Below, in pieces: positions 56,901-64,000 of a stretch of DNA of 64,000 nucleotides. The stretch lies in the NCBI GenBank assembly GCA_043815185.1, contig JBDRJF010000024.1, forward strand, positions 533 to 64,532, given 5' to 3'. A model generated the notes under the pieces. The model did not search any database, was not told the DNA's origin, and saw only the letters and a list, made by a program, of their open reading frames with translations. Made by a program: the position numbers and the translations under genes. Origin of the DNA: Candidatus Omnitrophota bacterium. GTDB taxonomy: Bacteria; Omnitrophota; Gorgyraeia; Duberdicusellales; 4484-171. The number at the start of each line of letters is the position of its first letter. Positions within the stretch are counted from its first letter, which is position 1.

Positions 56901-58207
56901 AAGCTCTTGGCCTTAGACCTGAATTCCTCATATAAAGGCGAATGCCATATTTTGGGAAAATCAGCCTCGTAAAGATTGCCTAAAGGGAATTTTTCTGCCT
57001 TACAGCAAGGAACAACGCTCCCGTCGGTTAAAATACGTGCATAATACCACCCCATATAACAAGGAATGGTGTTAATTTGTTTTTCATATATACCTTTCTC
57101 TAAATTAGAATAAAATAATCTCCTCAAGAAAGAACCTATTCCTAACATATTCAGTAATTTTATATCTATTTCCATCTTTTTGTCTAAACAGGCATTCCTT
57201 TCTCCACAATCTTTGCAAACTCTACTCTTAAATTTATACCAAAAAACAACAGGCCGGGTATCTGTGGTGGAAGTAGATTCGGATAGGATAATTCTCTTAT
57301 TTGCTATATTACGCCCTTCCTTGCACACTAAAGAATTACAGTACCTATCAACATAAAAACCAGCTTTATGATTTTTCCAGATTTTACCAAAATCAAGAAA
57401 TTCCTCGTCTGCATACTTACTTAAAGCAGTCCCACGGGGCGTATTAAAAGGTATTAGACTATTTTGCTCTCTTATTTCTTTCAATTGTTTTATTGTCCTT
57501 TCCTTATCATCACCCGCAAGAGATAAAGAATCTGTTTCGCCCGGAATAATATCTATAACTTGGAACTCCACTGAATCGCCATCTACCTGTTTAGCAAACT
57601 CAACCATATTTTCTATATTGTTACAATTTTTGCTGCAAATTACATTATATAATTTCAGATGCGGTTTTAAAGAACTCCCCTTTTTCTTATAAAAAGCCAG
57701 TCTTGTTAAATTATTCGTAATTTTTTCAAAATCTATTGCTGTTTTTTCGGGATGAGTTAAAGCGTATACCGCAGAATCACCAGCCCATATACTTGCTGTG
57801 ATTAAATCGACTTTACACTTAACAAGTAGCATGGCTATTTCTTCATTGATTAATGTAGCATTTGTAATTATGTTTAAATACATGCCTTTTGATTTAATTA
57901 TTTTTATCACTTCTTTTATCTCCGGGTATAAGAAGGGTTCGCCTGAACCGGATAAAATTACTTCCCGTATCCTTAAACCGGATAAATCCTTTATTAATTT
58001 TTTAACCTTCCGAAACGGAAGCTGCTTCTCGTTTTTCGCGAAAACCTCTTTCCTGCCAATCAAGGGAGAATGAACCCAACACCCAATACAGGTGCTATTA
58101 CATTTATCAGTTAAGTCTATCTGAACGGTATGCGGCCCACAGAATGCCTTCCTTCCATCTTTAATGCCGGCAGATATTCGCTTCCAAATGTTTATATCTT
58201 CTCTCAT
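53912..58207 (-). CDS. Triple radical SAM/SPASM-like polyprotein with embedded CBM-like beta-sandwich domain
   Basis: 1431 aa with three homologous modules. Their cores are VQIDLTDKCNSTCIGCW (aa 28-44), VQIDLTNNCNNSCIACW (aa 672-688) and VVVDITNRCSLKCISCW (aa 1082-1098). Each is followed by SGSGEPF/TGGGEPF and by a PCY.GW...R....G.V.PC...C..(S/E)CD tail. The region aa ~480-605 has a CBM6/35-like pattern. Confidence 0.85.
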   Translation of the reverse strand: MREDINIWKRISAGIKDGRKAFCGPHTVQIDLTDKCNSTCIGCWVHSPLIGRKEVFAKNEKQLPFRKVKKLIKDLSGLRIREVILSGSGEPFLYPEIKEVIKIIKSKGMYLNIITNATLINEEIAMLLVKCKVDLITASIWAGDSAVYALTHPEKTAIDFEKITNNLTRLAFYKKKGSSLKPHLKLYNVICSKNCNNIENMVEFAKQVDGDSVEFQVIDIIPGETDSLSLAGDDKERTIKQLKEIREQNSLIPFNTPRGTALSKYADEEFLDFGKIWKNHKAGFYVDRYCNSLVCKEGRNIANKRIILSESTSTTDTRPVVFWYKFKSRVCKDCGERNACLDKKMEIDIKLLNMLGIGSFLRRLFYSNLEKGIYEKQINTIPCYMGWYYARILTDGSVVPCCKAEKFPLGNLYEADFPKIWHSPLYEEFRSKAKSLPKSDKYFSKLNCIKSCDNWGMNLKIHKRFKQEESAKAGRINTAHTIGIKAKNFIRGNLNANCRHSFGKGIVIDGGTGGSYAEYGVWIAKMGKYSLYAKYACDDFRPVDIYIDNKLIKKDGLACVTGGWTSKYLKWNKEVDIVLDKGEHILRIQSRDVIPHIEKFIITKKERLVSIAVNEVSSSYFSFIKKIILKKGFKTALKKIRKNLKMSYLKDRYLEMLGIYDKEYGYKGPFHVQIDLTNNCNNSCIACWCNSPLFKVPRLSKEEKEQYLPLEMVKELLDEISCVGATEVYFSGSGEPFMHPQIMEVLEYTKRKNLICHVNTNFTLLNKERLDRLINIGVDFLTVSTWAATADTYVKTHPGRSSQDFYKIKENLIYLNSRKKDKPYIKLYNVIFNMNYFEAQGMVEFAGEIKAESLEFTVVDTMPGATDTLSLNEAQLKQLHGSCIEIQSRLDKQNKFKKNGVLIFQFDQFLRRISVSSDAKQAKYDRNIIDNMPCYIGWLFARVIPNGQVHSCLKAHRIPTGSLYLNRFFEIWNSEKQEYFRNKTLTYKKDDPFFRLIGNDPKIEEAGCYKSCDDIGRNTWMHNRMQLLSFSEKVLLRCTANILKIARKLIFSREKSYMEYDKNPVIAGIIHGRRAFTGPEQVVVDITNRCSLKCISCWLYSPLLNKDKPSQEWLGKELPKDRLFRLIEDLASLGTKKIRFTGGGEPFIYADLMEIIEFAREKQLQVAITTNFGLVSKKQIKKLIDLNLEELCVSIWASTPKIYSQVHPGTSFAYFEKLKENLFYLKETRRNKPRITFANVMMSSNHHDFKGMYEFGLQYGADALYFTIADVFAGQTDKLAMNDEERKNVLNNSLEIKERSKKDNIHLEFFDGFLSRLAQSDADFRKGQYDRFTVDQIPCYAGWTFTRVLADGNIVPCCRGVKKIMGNINNKLFEEIWFSDQYNEFRSKAKYLPKSNVYFNDIACAKECDNLMHNQTTHKIITSGGAGKREP

Positions 58208-60591
58208 AATTTCCCTATAAACTTTCGCCGATCAAATGAAAAATAATTTAAATAATCCCTTGTTTTCTTAAAAGCCGCTCCTAAACTATAATTCTGCCAA
58301 TAATTAAAAAATTTTTTTATATCGCCTACGAGGCCTCTTTTCTTTCTTTGGTGGTCTGCCCATAACCTATAAGCATGTTGTTTAGCTTCTTCTAAATCAG
58401 CGGGAGAAAGATTATCTGGCTGAAAAACACAGCTGTAGTGGCCGTCATACCTAGAGAAATCTTTAGTTAAAATTCTGCCGCTTTTATCTAATGCCTCAAA
58501 GAGCGCTGTCCCTGGAAAAGGCGTGACTATTGAGAACTGTACAGAGTGAGGATCTAATTTTAAAGCGTAATTTATGGTATTTTTGATTGTCGCTTTTGTT
58601 TCTCCGGGAAGGCCAAACGAAAAAGTCAAATGGACATTTATCCCTAATAATTTAGTGTATTTAATTATTTTTTCTGTCCTTTTTAAATCCAAACTTTTCC
58701 CGCAGTTATCTACTAACTCCTGTGAGGCACTCTCTACCCCATATTTTACTGCATGCAAACCAGCCTCTTTCATTTTATCCAGAATTTCTTCGTCCATTAA
58801 ATCTGGTTTTGCCATAATAGCCCAAGGAACACTATGCAAATCTCTCTTGATAATCTCATCACATAATCTTATCATCCTGTCTTTACCTACATTAAAGGTA
58901 TCATCATCGAAATATACAGATTTAAACCCCTGTGTGGAAATTAAGTGTTCCATCTCGTCCACTACATCGTTTACATCTCTTGTTCGATAAACCTTGCCTC
59001 CAAAAAAGACTTGGGGCCATAAACAAAAGCTGCAACTAAAGGGACACCCCCGGGAAGCAATCATTTGAGCCGAAGGGTGAGGAATATCCCCCGGTAAATC
59101 CCAGTATTTTTCCATCGGAATATCTTTTCCACGATAAGGCCAGGGTAATGAATCTAACTCCGTTGGTTCCCGGGAGCAGTTTTTAACTACGGCTCTATTT
59201 TGATCTCGCCAAATAAGGCCTTTTATAAAAGAAAAATCTTTTTTACCCTGAGAAATAGCTTTGACTAATTCAAGCAGAGTAATCTCATACTCACCGAATA
59301 AAACGAAATCAACGAATTCGTTCCCTGCTAAAAATTCTGGTTTGTAAATTTCCGGATGCGGCCCGCAGAGAATTACCGGAATGTTTAAGGGAGATATTTT
59401 TCTTAATATCTCCCTATCATAATAAAAAGAAGGAACGGAAGTTTCTGTGACTAAAATATCGAACTTCATCCGAAATAAATTATCAACGAACTCATCTTCA
59501 GTAGTTGCCTCGGCAATAGCATCTATTACCTTAACTTCAATATTATTTTTTCTCAGAAGAGCGGTGGCGTAAGCCAGAAAAAATGGAAAAGGTAAGTAGT
59601 TATTTTCGCTTTTGTCTTTGATGTGCGGCCAGCGAGAACCGGCTCGCACGCCCCAGTCTCCCTGCCTTTGCCAGGGGAAATTAGCTAATAACACTTTTAG
59701 CCTATTTTTTGAGCTCCTGTTTTCTACCTTTTTCCTTATTGCCGCCCTGAAATGATTTCGCCGTAAAGCTTCTATTTTTTGGTCTAGCAAATTATCGTTT
59801 TCAAATAAATTTATCATCCCAGAAAAAAGATGATAATGTCCCGGGCCATATCTTTTTTTATCATTAAAATTCATATATTTAAAACCCACAAAATAGGCAT
59901 CAATATTTAAAGGCGGGCGTTGGATGAGAGCAAATATTTGCTCTTTACCATTTCGGCACTTTAATGCCAATGGAGGTAAGGACTTGCCTTCTAGAGGAAA
60001 CCTTACCCCTGTTAACGAAGTAGAAAAGTTTTCCAGGCAGATATCTTGCCAATCGTTATTTTGACGCGGAAAATCTTCCTGTCGAGAATTATGAAACCAA
60101 GTCTTATACCCGGAATTGAGCGAGCAAACTACGCGAAACTCATCAATCGACAACCACTCTTCCATTTCAATATCTATATTTAAATAAAGACACTCGTCTA
60201 TTATTTTTACCAGCCAGATTTGGCTTAAAGGTAACTCTCGAAAAGTTACTTTGACCCTAAAATTATATCGCCCTCTATCCAAAATTTGCCAATCGGCTTT
60301 TGTTGAATCTGTCCATAACCCTAAGGTATTAATACTCGCGTTCAGGCCCGGTCCTGTGGTAACTTCAAGGCCATTCCAATAAATATTTATTCCGGAATCA
60401 GAACAAACTACCTTAAGATTTCCTTTGGTGATACTATAATTGACCATTTGCTTAAATTCAGCCTTTTGCCTTTTTACCAAAGGCTTTCCTGCTAAGAAGA
60501 TAAAATATTTAATCCCCCTTCTAAGCGCATAAAATAGGCTATCAGCTTTGAGATGCTGTCTGAATTTTCGATAATTAATTTTAAGGTTCAA
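58204..60591 (-). CDS. B12-binding radical SAM enzyme with N-terminal copy of the Wzt-extension repeat domain
   Basis: 795 aa. aa ~52-270 is homologous to the four repeats in 60581..64000. aa ~297-450 is B12-binding-like, and CPFSCSFC lies at aa 516-523. Confidence 0.85.
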   Translation of the reverse strand: MNLKINYRKFRQHLKADSLFYALRRGIKYFIFLAGKPLVKRQKAEFKQMVNYSITKGNLKVVCSDSGINIYWNGLEVTTGPGLNASINTLGLWTDSTKADWQILDRGRYNFRVKVTFRELPLSQIWLVKIIDECLYLNIDIEMEEWLSIDEFRVVCSLNSGYKTWFHNSRQEDFPRQNNDWQDICLENFSTSLTGVRFPLEGKSLPPLALKCRNGKEQIFALIQRPPLNIDAYFVGFKYMNFNDKKRYGPGHYHLFSGMINLFENDNLLDQKIEALRRNHFRAAIRKKVENRSSKNRLKVLLANFPWQRQGDWGVRAGSRWPHIKDKSENNYLPFPFFLAYATALLRKNNIEVKVIDAIAEATTEDEFVDNLFRMKFDILVTETSVPSFYYDREILRKISPLNIPVILCGPHPEIYKPEFLAGNEFVDFVLFGEYEITLLELVKAISQGKKDFSFIKGLIWRDQNRAVVKNCSREPTELDSLPWPYRGKDIPMEKYWDLPGDIPHPSAQMIASRGCPFSCSFCLWPQVFFGGKVYRTRDVNDVVDEMEHLISTQGFKSVYFDDDTFNVGKDRMIRLCDEIIKRDLHSVPWAIMAKPDLMDEEILDKMKEAGLHAVKYGVESASQELVDNCGKSLDLKRTEKIIKYTKLLGINVHLTFSFGLPGETKATIKNTINYALKLDPHSVQFSIVTPFPGTALFEALDKSGRILTKDFSRYDGHYSCVFQPDNLSPADLEEAKQHAYRLWADHQRKKRGLVGDIKKFFNYWQNYSLGAAFKKTRDYLNYFSFDRRKFIGKL

Positions 60592-63500
60592 TTTTGATTA
60601 TTCCTTTGAAATATGAGTATTTTCCCGGCAGCAGCTTATGGACATTCTCTTTTTGATATTGGAGTAGTCTTGCCTGATATAAATTATCAGTATTTTCTAC
60701 AATCGCCCGCAGCTTCGCCGTCTTCATATCGTTTTTAAAACTAATTCTCGGCAAGGCCTCAGTATCTGCTTTAGCTATAATCTCCTCGCCCTTGCCATAC
60801 CAGAATCTAAATGGCAAAATATCATATCTTTGGGTATACTCATCCAAAAATTTCCCATAACCATAATTAGAAACTACCCAATTTTTATATTGGGGACAAA
60901 GCATAATATTCGTCTGACATATTTCTAAATCAAGCTGTTCTGAAACTTCCATATTTACCTGCCAGAAGATTAAATTATCACCAGCCATTTTAATCTGCCA
61001 AACCTGAAGAATCGCAATCTGCGGCCAATATCCTGTCACTTTTAACTGATTATTTTTCTTCTGATTGACCCGCCAAAAAGCCTGATAAGAATCATACCAG
61101 ACTCCTGAGGAACGTATTGAAGTATAGACCCCTAATCCTGAGGTCAGCTCCTTGCCGCTTAAAGATATCCCTCCTTTACCCTGATTAAAAATAAATTCTA
61201 AATTATTATCAACCAGCTTGACAGAATTAATCTTCCTGGTATTTTTCTTGATATCTAGTTTCTCGCCTAAAACTATCTTCCCTTCAAAACAGGTAGTGTT
61301 ACCAAGCTCTGTCGATTTTTCCTGATCATGAACTATTAACGAAGAATTGACACAGAGCACTTTATCATTCGCCTGCTTATACCTGTGAATACTCATAGTT
61401 CGTCTCTCAGGCTGGGAAAAAACATAAATCACTAGCTTCGGCAGATCAGCTTTATTTCCTGACTTGAATAATATTTCGGTTATCTTATTATCTTTTAATC
61501 GCACCGGAGCAATATCGCCAATATACTGCTCATTTAAAAAATTTCCATGTTCATAAGTACTTTCCCATTTTTCATATCTGCTACACAGATGCAAAAACAT
61601 AAGCTGATTAGATATCAATATAGGCTTGTTAAATTTAGTCCTAATCTTAATCATTAAGGCATTTTTCTGACAAACCAATATCCAAACTTGTGATATAAAT
61701 AAACTTTCGTAATCCACGCTCAAAATAAACTTCTGATCAGAAATCTTTTTCAATTGCCACTGCCCGAAAGATAGATCATACCAATCGGTTTTAATCAGGA
61801 AAGAACTATTTAGGCCCCTTCCTCTGGTAATCTCCTTATCTTTGTAAAAAAGCCTCAGGGACTTTGTTTCCGTATCGGCAAAAAGCCTGAGGCTACCGGA
61901 GGCGATAGTGCGTTGGGCACACAGGCGCGCGCGTTCGGCTTGCTGCTCACGAAGAAGTTTTTGATTTTCTTCCTCTTGTTTTTGAAGAAATAGTTGTCTT
62001 TGTTGTTTAAGATAATCTGAGATTGAACTTTCCTCCTCAAACAGAGTAATTTTGGTAGAGAAGCTTATATTTGATTTAGATAAATTGTTTTTGGAAATAC
62101 TTAATTGTAGAGCGCGGCATTGCGTTTGCCTATCACTGTTTTGGATAATACAAGCGTACCCTTTTTTATTGTCTAAAATAACTGCTGGAAAATCAGCCTG
62201 TTTTCTTAAACCGCAAAGTTCTGCTTGGGGTTCTATCAAAGGCATATCTTGCCAATCAGTAAACTGATCGGGAAAAGAGTCTTGTTGACGGCCGCAGAAG
62301 AAACCTTTATATTGAGAATTAAGAAGTAGGCCGAATTTAAACAGTTTAAGTTTAAGTGTCCCGGAGTTTTGAGAATTAATCTGCCATTGAAGAGCATTAT
62401 CCTTGAGAGAAAATTTCCAGAGTTGCTTAAATTTCCATTGCTCCCAGTAAAGATGTAAGACAAGGGTATTATTTTTTTTCTTCACCTGCCACTGGCAGGA
62501 AGATGAGTCATACCAAACATTCTTAAGTAAAAAAGAACTGTGCAGCCCTAACCCCTTGGTAATCTCTTTTTCTTTGTAATAAAGCCTTAAGGCTTTATTA
62601 GCTACGTCGGCATAAAGACGCAGACCATCCCCGGAGATGGTGCGGAGAACCCGCAGACGAGCACATTCTTTCTGTTGCTCACGAAGAAGTTTTTGATTTT
62701 CTTCCTCTTGTTTCTGGAAAAATAGTTGTTGAGTATTTTTAATATAGTCGGCAAATTTATCTTTTTCAGAAAAAATCTTAATAGAAACAAAAATTTTGTT
62801 CTTCGCCCCTAGGTCCCACTGGACAACACGGCTCTCTTGTTCATAACCTGTGTTGAAAAGTTTCAATAGAATATTCTTATCTTTCTGTTCTAAAATGAGT
62901 CCGGGACAACTTTGCGTTTGCCAATCTCCCGATAAGCCCAATATAGCATCCGGGCAGCTATTTAAACTTAAATTTTGCCAGTTGGATTTAGACCCAAAAA
63001 GCGGAAAATCACTACTTTTATCCAGAGTTTGCCATCTCTTATATTGGGGAATAAGATTCAAATCTATATGCGGTTGTTGTCTGGCCGCATCTTTTGCCTC
63101 TACCTCCCATCGCAGACGATCCTTTTCTATCTGAAGCGTCCAGATTTGTAAAAGGATCCCTTCCTGCGATTTTCCTTCAACGATAATTTTATCGGTCCCG
63201 AACCTCCTAACCTGCCAAGATAGATCGAAAGAAGGAAGCCAACTATTAAGCAAAGGAACAAAAAAGGACACGTATCCACCCGTAGTTTTGGTAAGAGAAA
63301 ATCCATTATAATTAACGGCTACTTTTCCATTGTTAAATACTGCCCTTAACCTTTCTTTCTCTAAAACTGCAATACCCCTTCTATTGCCAACGGTTTCTAA
63401 ATAATAGGGGATAACCTTTGTAGCCAAACCTTCCTGGATAATCTTACCTTTTTCCAGAAGGATTAGCCGGTTACATAATTTGCTTACCATATTAATATCA

Positions 63501-64000
63501 TGGCTGACTAGAATAATAGTCTTACCCATTTGTTTCAACTCAAATATCTTCTTAATGCACTTCCGCTGGGTTCCTTCATCACCTACAGCCAGAATATCAT
63601 CGATTAAAAGTATATCCGGCTCAACGTATATTGCTAAAGCAAAAGCCAGCCGCATATACATGCCTTGAGAATAATATTTAATCGGTGCATCGATGAATTT
63701 TCCCAAATCTGCGAATTCCACGATACCATCCATCCGCTGTTTTAAATCAGCCTCATTTAAGCCGTAAATAGCAGCATTAAGAATTATGTTCTCCCTTCCG
63801 GTAAACTCAGGATTAAACCCAGCTCCCAATTCCATCAAGACCGACACTTTACCCACTACACTAATTTCACCTCTATCAGGAACAAGCATTCCGGCTATCA
63901 GCTTTAATAAAGTCGTTTTACCCGCTCCATTTCTTCCGACAACACCAACCACCTCACCTTTTTCCGCCTCGAAATCAATATCCTCCAGCACCCATGTTTC
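60581..64000 (-). CDS. wzt: Wzt/TagH-type polysaccharide ABC-transporter ATPase (5' end outside window) with a ~930-aa C-terminal extension of four repeat domains
   Basis: The frame is open to nt 64000 (…ETWVLEDIDF), so the track's GTG start is artificial. It has Walker A GRNGAGKTT, signature YSQGMYMRLAFA, Walker B ILLIDDILAVGD and H-loop VSHD, the pattern of Wzt/TagH/KpsT exporters. Repeats R1-R4 and two coiled-coil-like linkers follow. Confidence 0.85.
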   Translation of the reverse strand, partial: ETWVLEDIDFEAEKGEVVGVVGRNGAGKTTLLKLIAGMLVPDRGEISVVGKVSVLMELGAGFNPEFTGRENIILNAAIYGLNEADLKQRMDGIVEFADLGKFIDAPIKYYSQGMYMRLAFALAIYVEPDILLIDDILAVGDEGTQRKCIKKIFELKQMGKTIILVSHDINMVSKLCNRLILLEKGKIIQEGLATKVIPYYLETVGNRRGIAVLEKERLRAVFNNGKVAVNYNGFSLTKTTGGYVSFFVPLLNSWLPSFDLSWQVRRFGTDKIIVEGKSQEGILLQIWTLQIEKDRLRWEVEAKDAARQQPHIDLNLIPQYKRWQTLDKSSDFPLFGSKSNWQNLSLNSCPDAILGLSGDWQTQSCPGLILEQKDKNILLKLFNTGYEQESRVVQWDLGAKNKIFVSIKIFSEKDKFADYIKNTQQLFFQKQEEENQKLLREQQKECARLRVLRTISGDGLRLYADVANKALRLYYKEKEITKGLGLHSSFLLKNVWYDSSSCQWQVKKKNNTLVLHLYWEQWKFKQLWKFSLKDNALQWQINSQNSGTLKLKLFKFGLLLNSQYKGFFCGRQQDSFPDQFTDWQDMPLIEPQAELCGLRKQADFPAVILDNKKGYACIIQNSDRQTQCRALQLSISKNNLSKSNISFSTKITLFEEESSISDYLKQQRQLFLQKQEEENQKLLREQQAERARLCAQRTIASGSLRLFADTETKSLRLFYKDKEITRGRGLNSSFLIKTDWYDLSFGQWQLKKISDQKFILSVDYESLFISQVWILVCQKNALMIKIRTKFNKPILISNQLMFLHLCSRYEKWESTYEHGNFLNEQYIGDIAPVRLKDNKITEILFKSGNKADLPKLVIYVFSQPERRTMSIHRYKQANDKVLCVNSSLIVHDQEKSTELGNTTCFEGKIVLGEKLDIKKNTRKINSVKLVDNNLEFIFNQGKGGISLSGKELTSGLGVYTSIRSSGVWYDSYQAFWRVNQKKNNQLKVTGYWPQIAILQVWQIKMAGDNLIFWQVNMEVSEQLDLEICQTNIMLCPQYKNWVVSNYGYGKFLDEYTQRYDILPFRFWYGKGEEIIAKADTEALPRISFKNDMKTAKLRAIVENTDNLYQARLLQYQKENVHKLLPGKYSYFKGIIKIEP
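61901..62041 (-). repeat. Intragenic linker repeat copy 2 (charged, coiled-coil-like)
   Basis: It encodes FEEESSISDYLKQQRQLFLQKQEEENQKLLREQQAERARLCAQRTIA. It contains a 37-bp stretch (61945-61981) identical to 62677-62713. Confidence 0.85.
62636..62776 (-). repeat. Intragenic linker repeat copy 1
   Basis: It encodes FSEKDKFADYIKNTQQLFFQKQEEENQKLLREQQKECARLRVLRTIS. The repeat period to copy 2 is 732 nt (244 aa). Confidence 0.85.

Noticed and set aside
35400-58207. RiPP (peptide natural product) interpretation of the SPASM and B12 radical SAM genes
   Set aside because: I looked for short precursor-like ORFs beside each radical SAM gene, in the spacers 34298-34657, 36489-36535, 50593-50935 and 53865-53911. 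I found none with an SD and a plausible leader/core layout. No peptidase/exporter pair typical of RiPP loci is present. The context (Wzt, WecA, about 10 GTs, a CBM-like insert) points to a glycan. The idea is not fully excluded; see the small secreted protein at 50936..51304.
4602-63668. About 45 plus-strand ORFs of 60-213 aa listed in the track inside minus-strand genes (for example 8000..8296, 24028..24396, 44639..45280, 49484..49942, 58574..58990)
   Set aside because: Each is fully embedded antisense in a gene with strong family motifs. Their translations are Ser/Leu/Phe/Ile-rich, as expected from the reverse complement of AT-rich coding DNA. None has a convincing SD or recognisable motif.

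Overview
This is a low-GC bacterial window, probably from an uncultivated anaerobe, though the taxon cannot be determined from sequence alone. About 60 genes are packed almost entirely on the minus strand; the only convincing plus-strand gene is an O-antigen-ligase-family protein. No tRNA, rRNA, CRISPR array, transposase or integrase was seen.

Left half (1-29 kb): housekeeping genes. These are ribE (partial), rsfS, an M16 peptidase, trpGDCFBA without trpE, murA, prmC, prfA, rpmE, rho, coaE, glgA, polA, a TPR protein, a peptide-type ABC binding protein, secG, tpiA, pgk, gap, galT, tyrS and rpsA.

Right half (29-64 kb): one very large surface-glycan assembly and export locus.
- Conventional parts: a WaaL-like ligase, a WecA/MraY-like initiating transferase, five GT4 and two GT2 glycosyltransferases (one Dpm1-like), and two paralogous 534-aa GT-C (ArnT/PMT-like) membrane transferases. 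There are also two atypical GNATs, a methyltransferase, and a Wzt/TagH-type ABC ATPase truncated by the window edge.
- Unusual part: nine radical SAM CX3CX2C cores in six proteins. One is a 1431-aa protein with three tandem radical SAM/SPASM-like modules and an embedded CBM-like domain. One is an 843-aa fusion of a SPASM-type and a B12-binding radical SAM enzyme. An adjacent UbiU/UbiV-like U32 pair is also present.
- A ~200-aa domain I do not recognise occurs four times in the C-terminal extension of the Wzt-like ATPase and once at the N-terminus of the neighbouring B12-radical SAM enzyme. I read this as a candidate undescribed system that couples radical (anaerobic) glycan tailoring to ABC-transporter-dependent export.

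Other points of interest:
- A B12-radical SAM gene inserted between two housekeeping genes and flanked by ~131-bp direct repeats of the original gene junction.
- A start-codon-less 139-codon frame upstream of a GNAT gene.
- Nested palindromes between rho and rpmE.
- A four-hairpin leader upstream of the galT-gap-pgk-tpiA-secG block.
- An 18-codon lysine-rich micro-ORF with its own Shine-Dalgarno sequence (SD) and terminator.

All functional calls come from motif and family recognition by eye; no searches were run.
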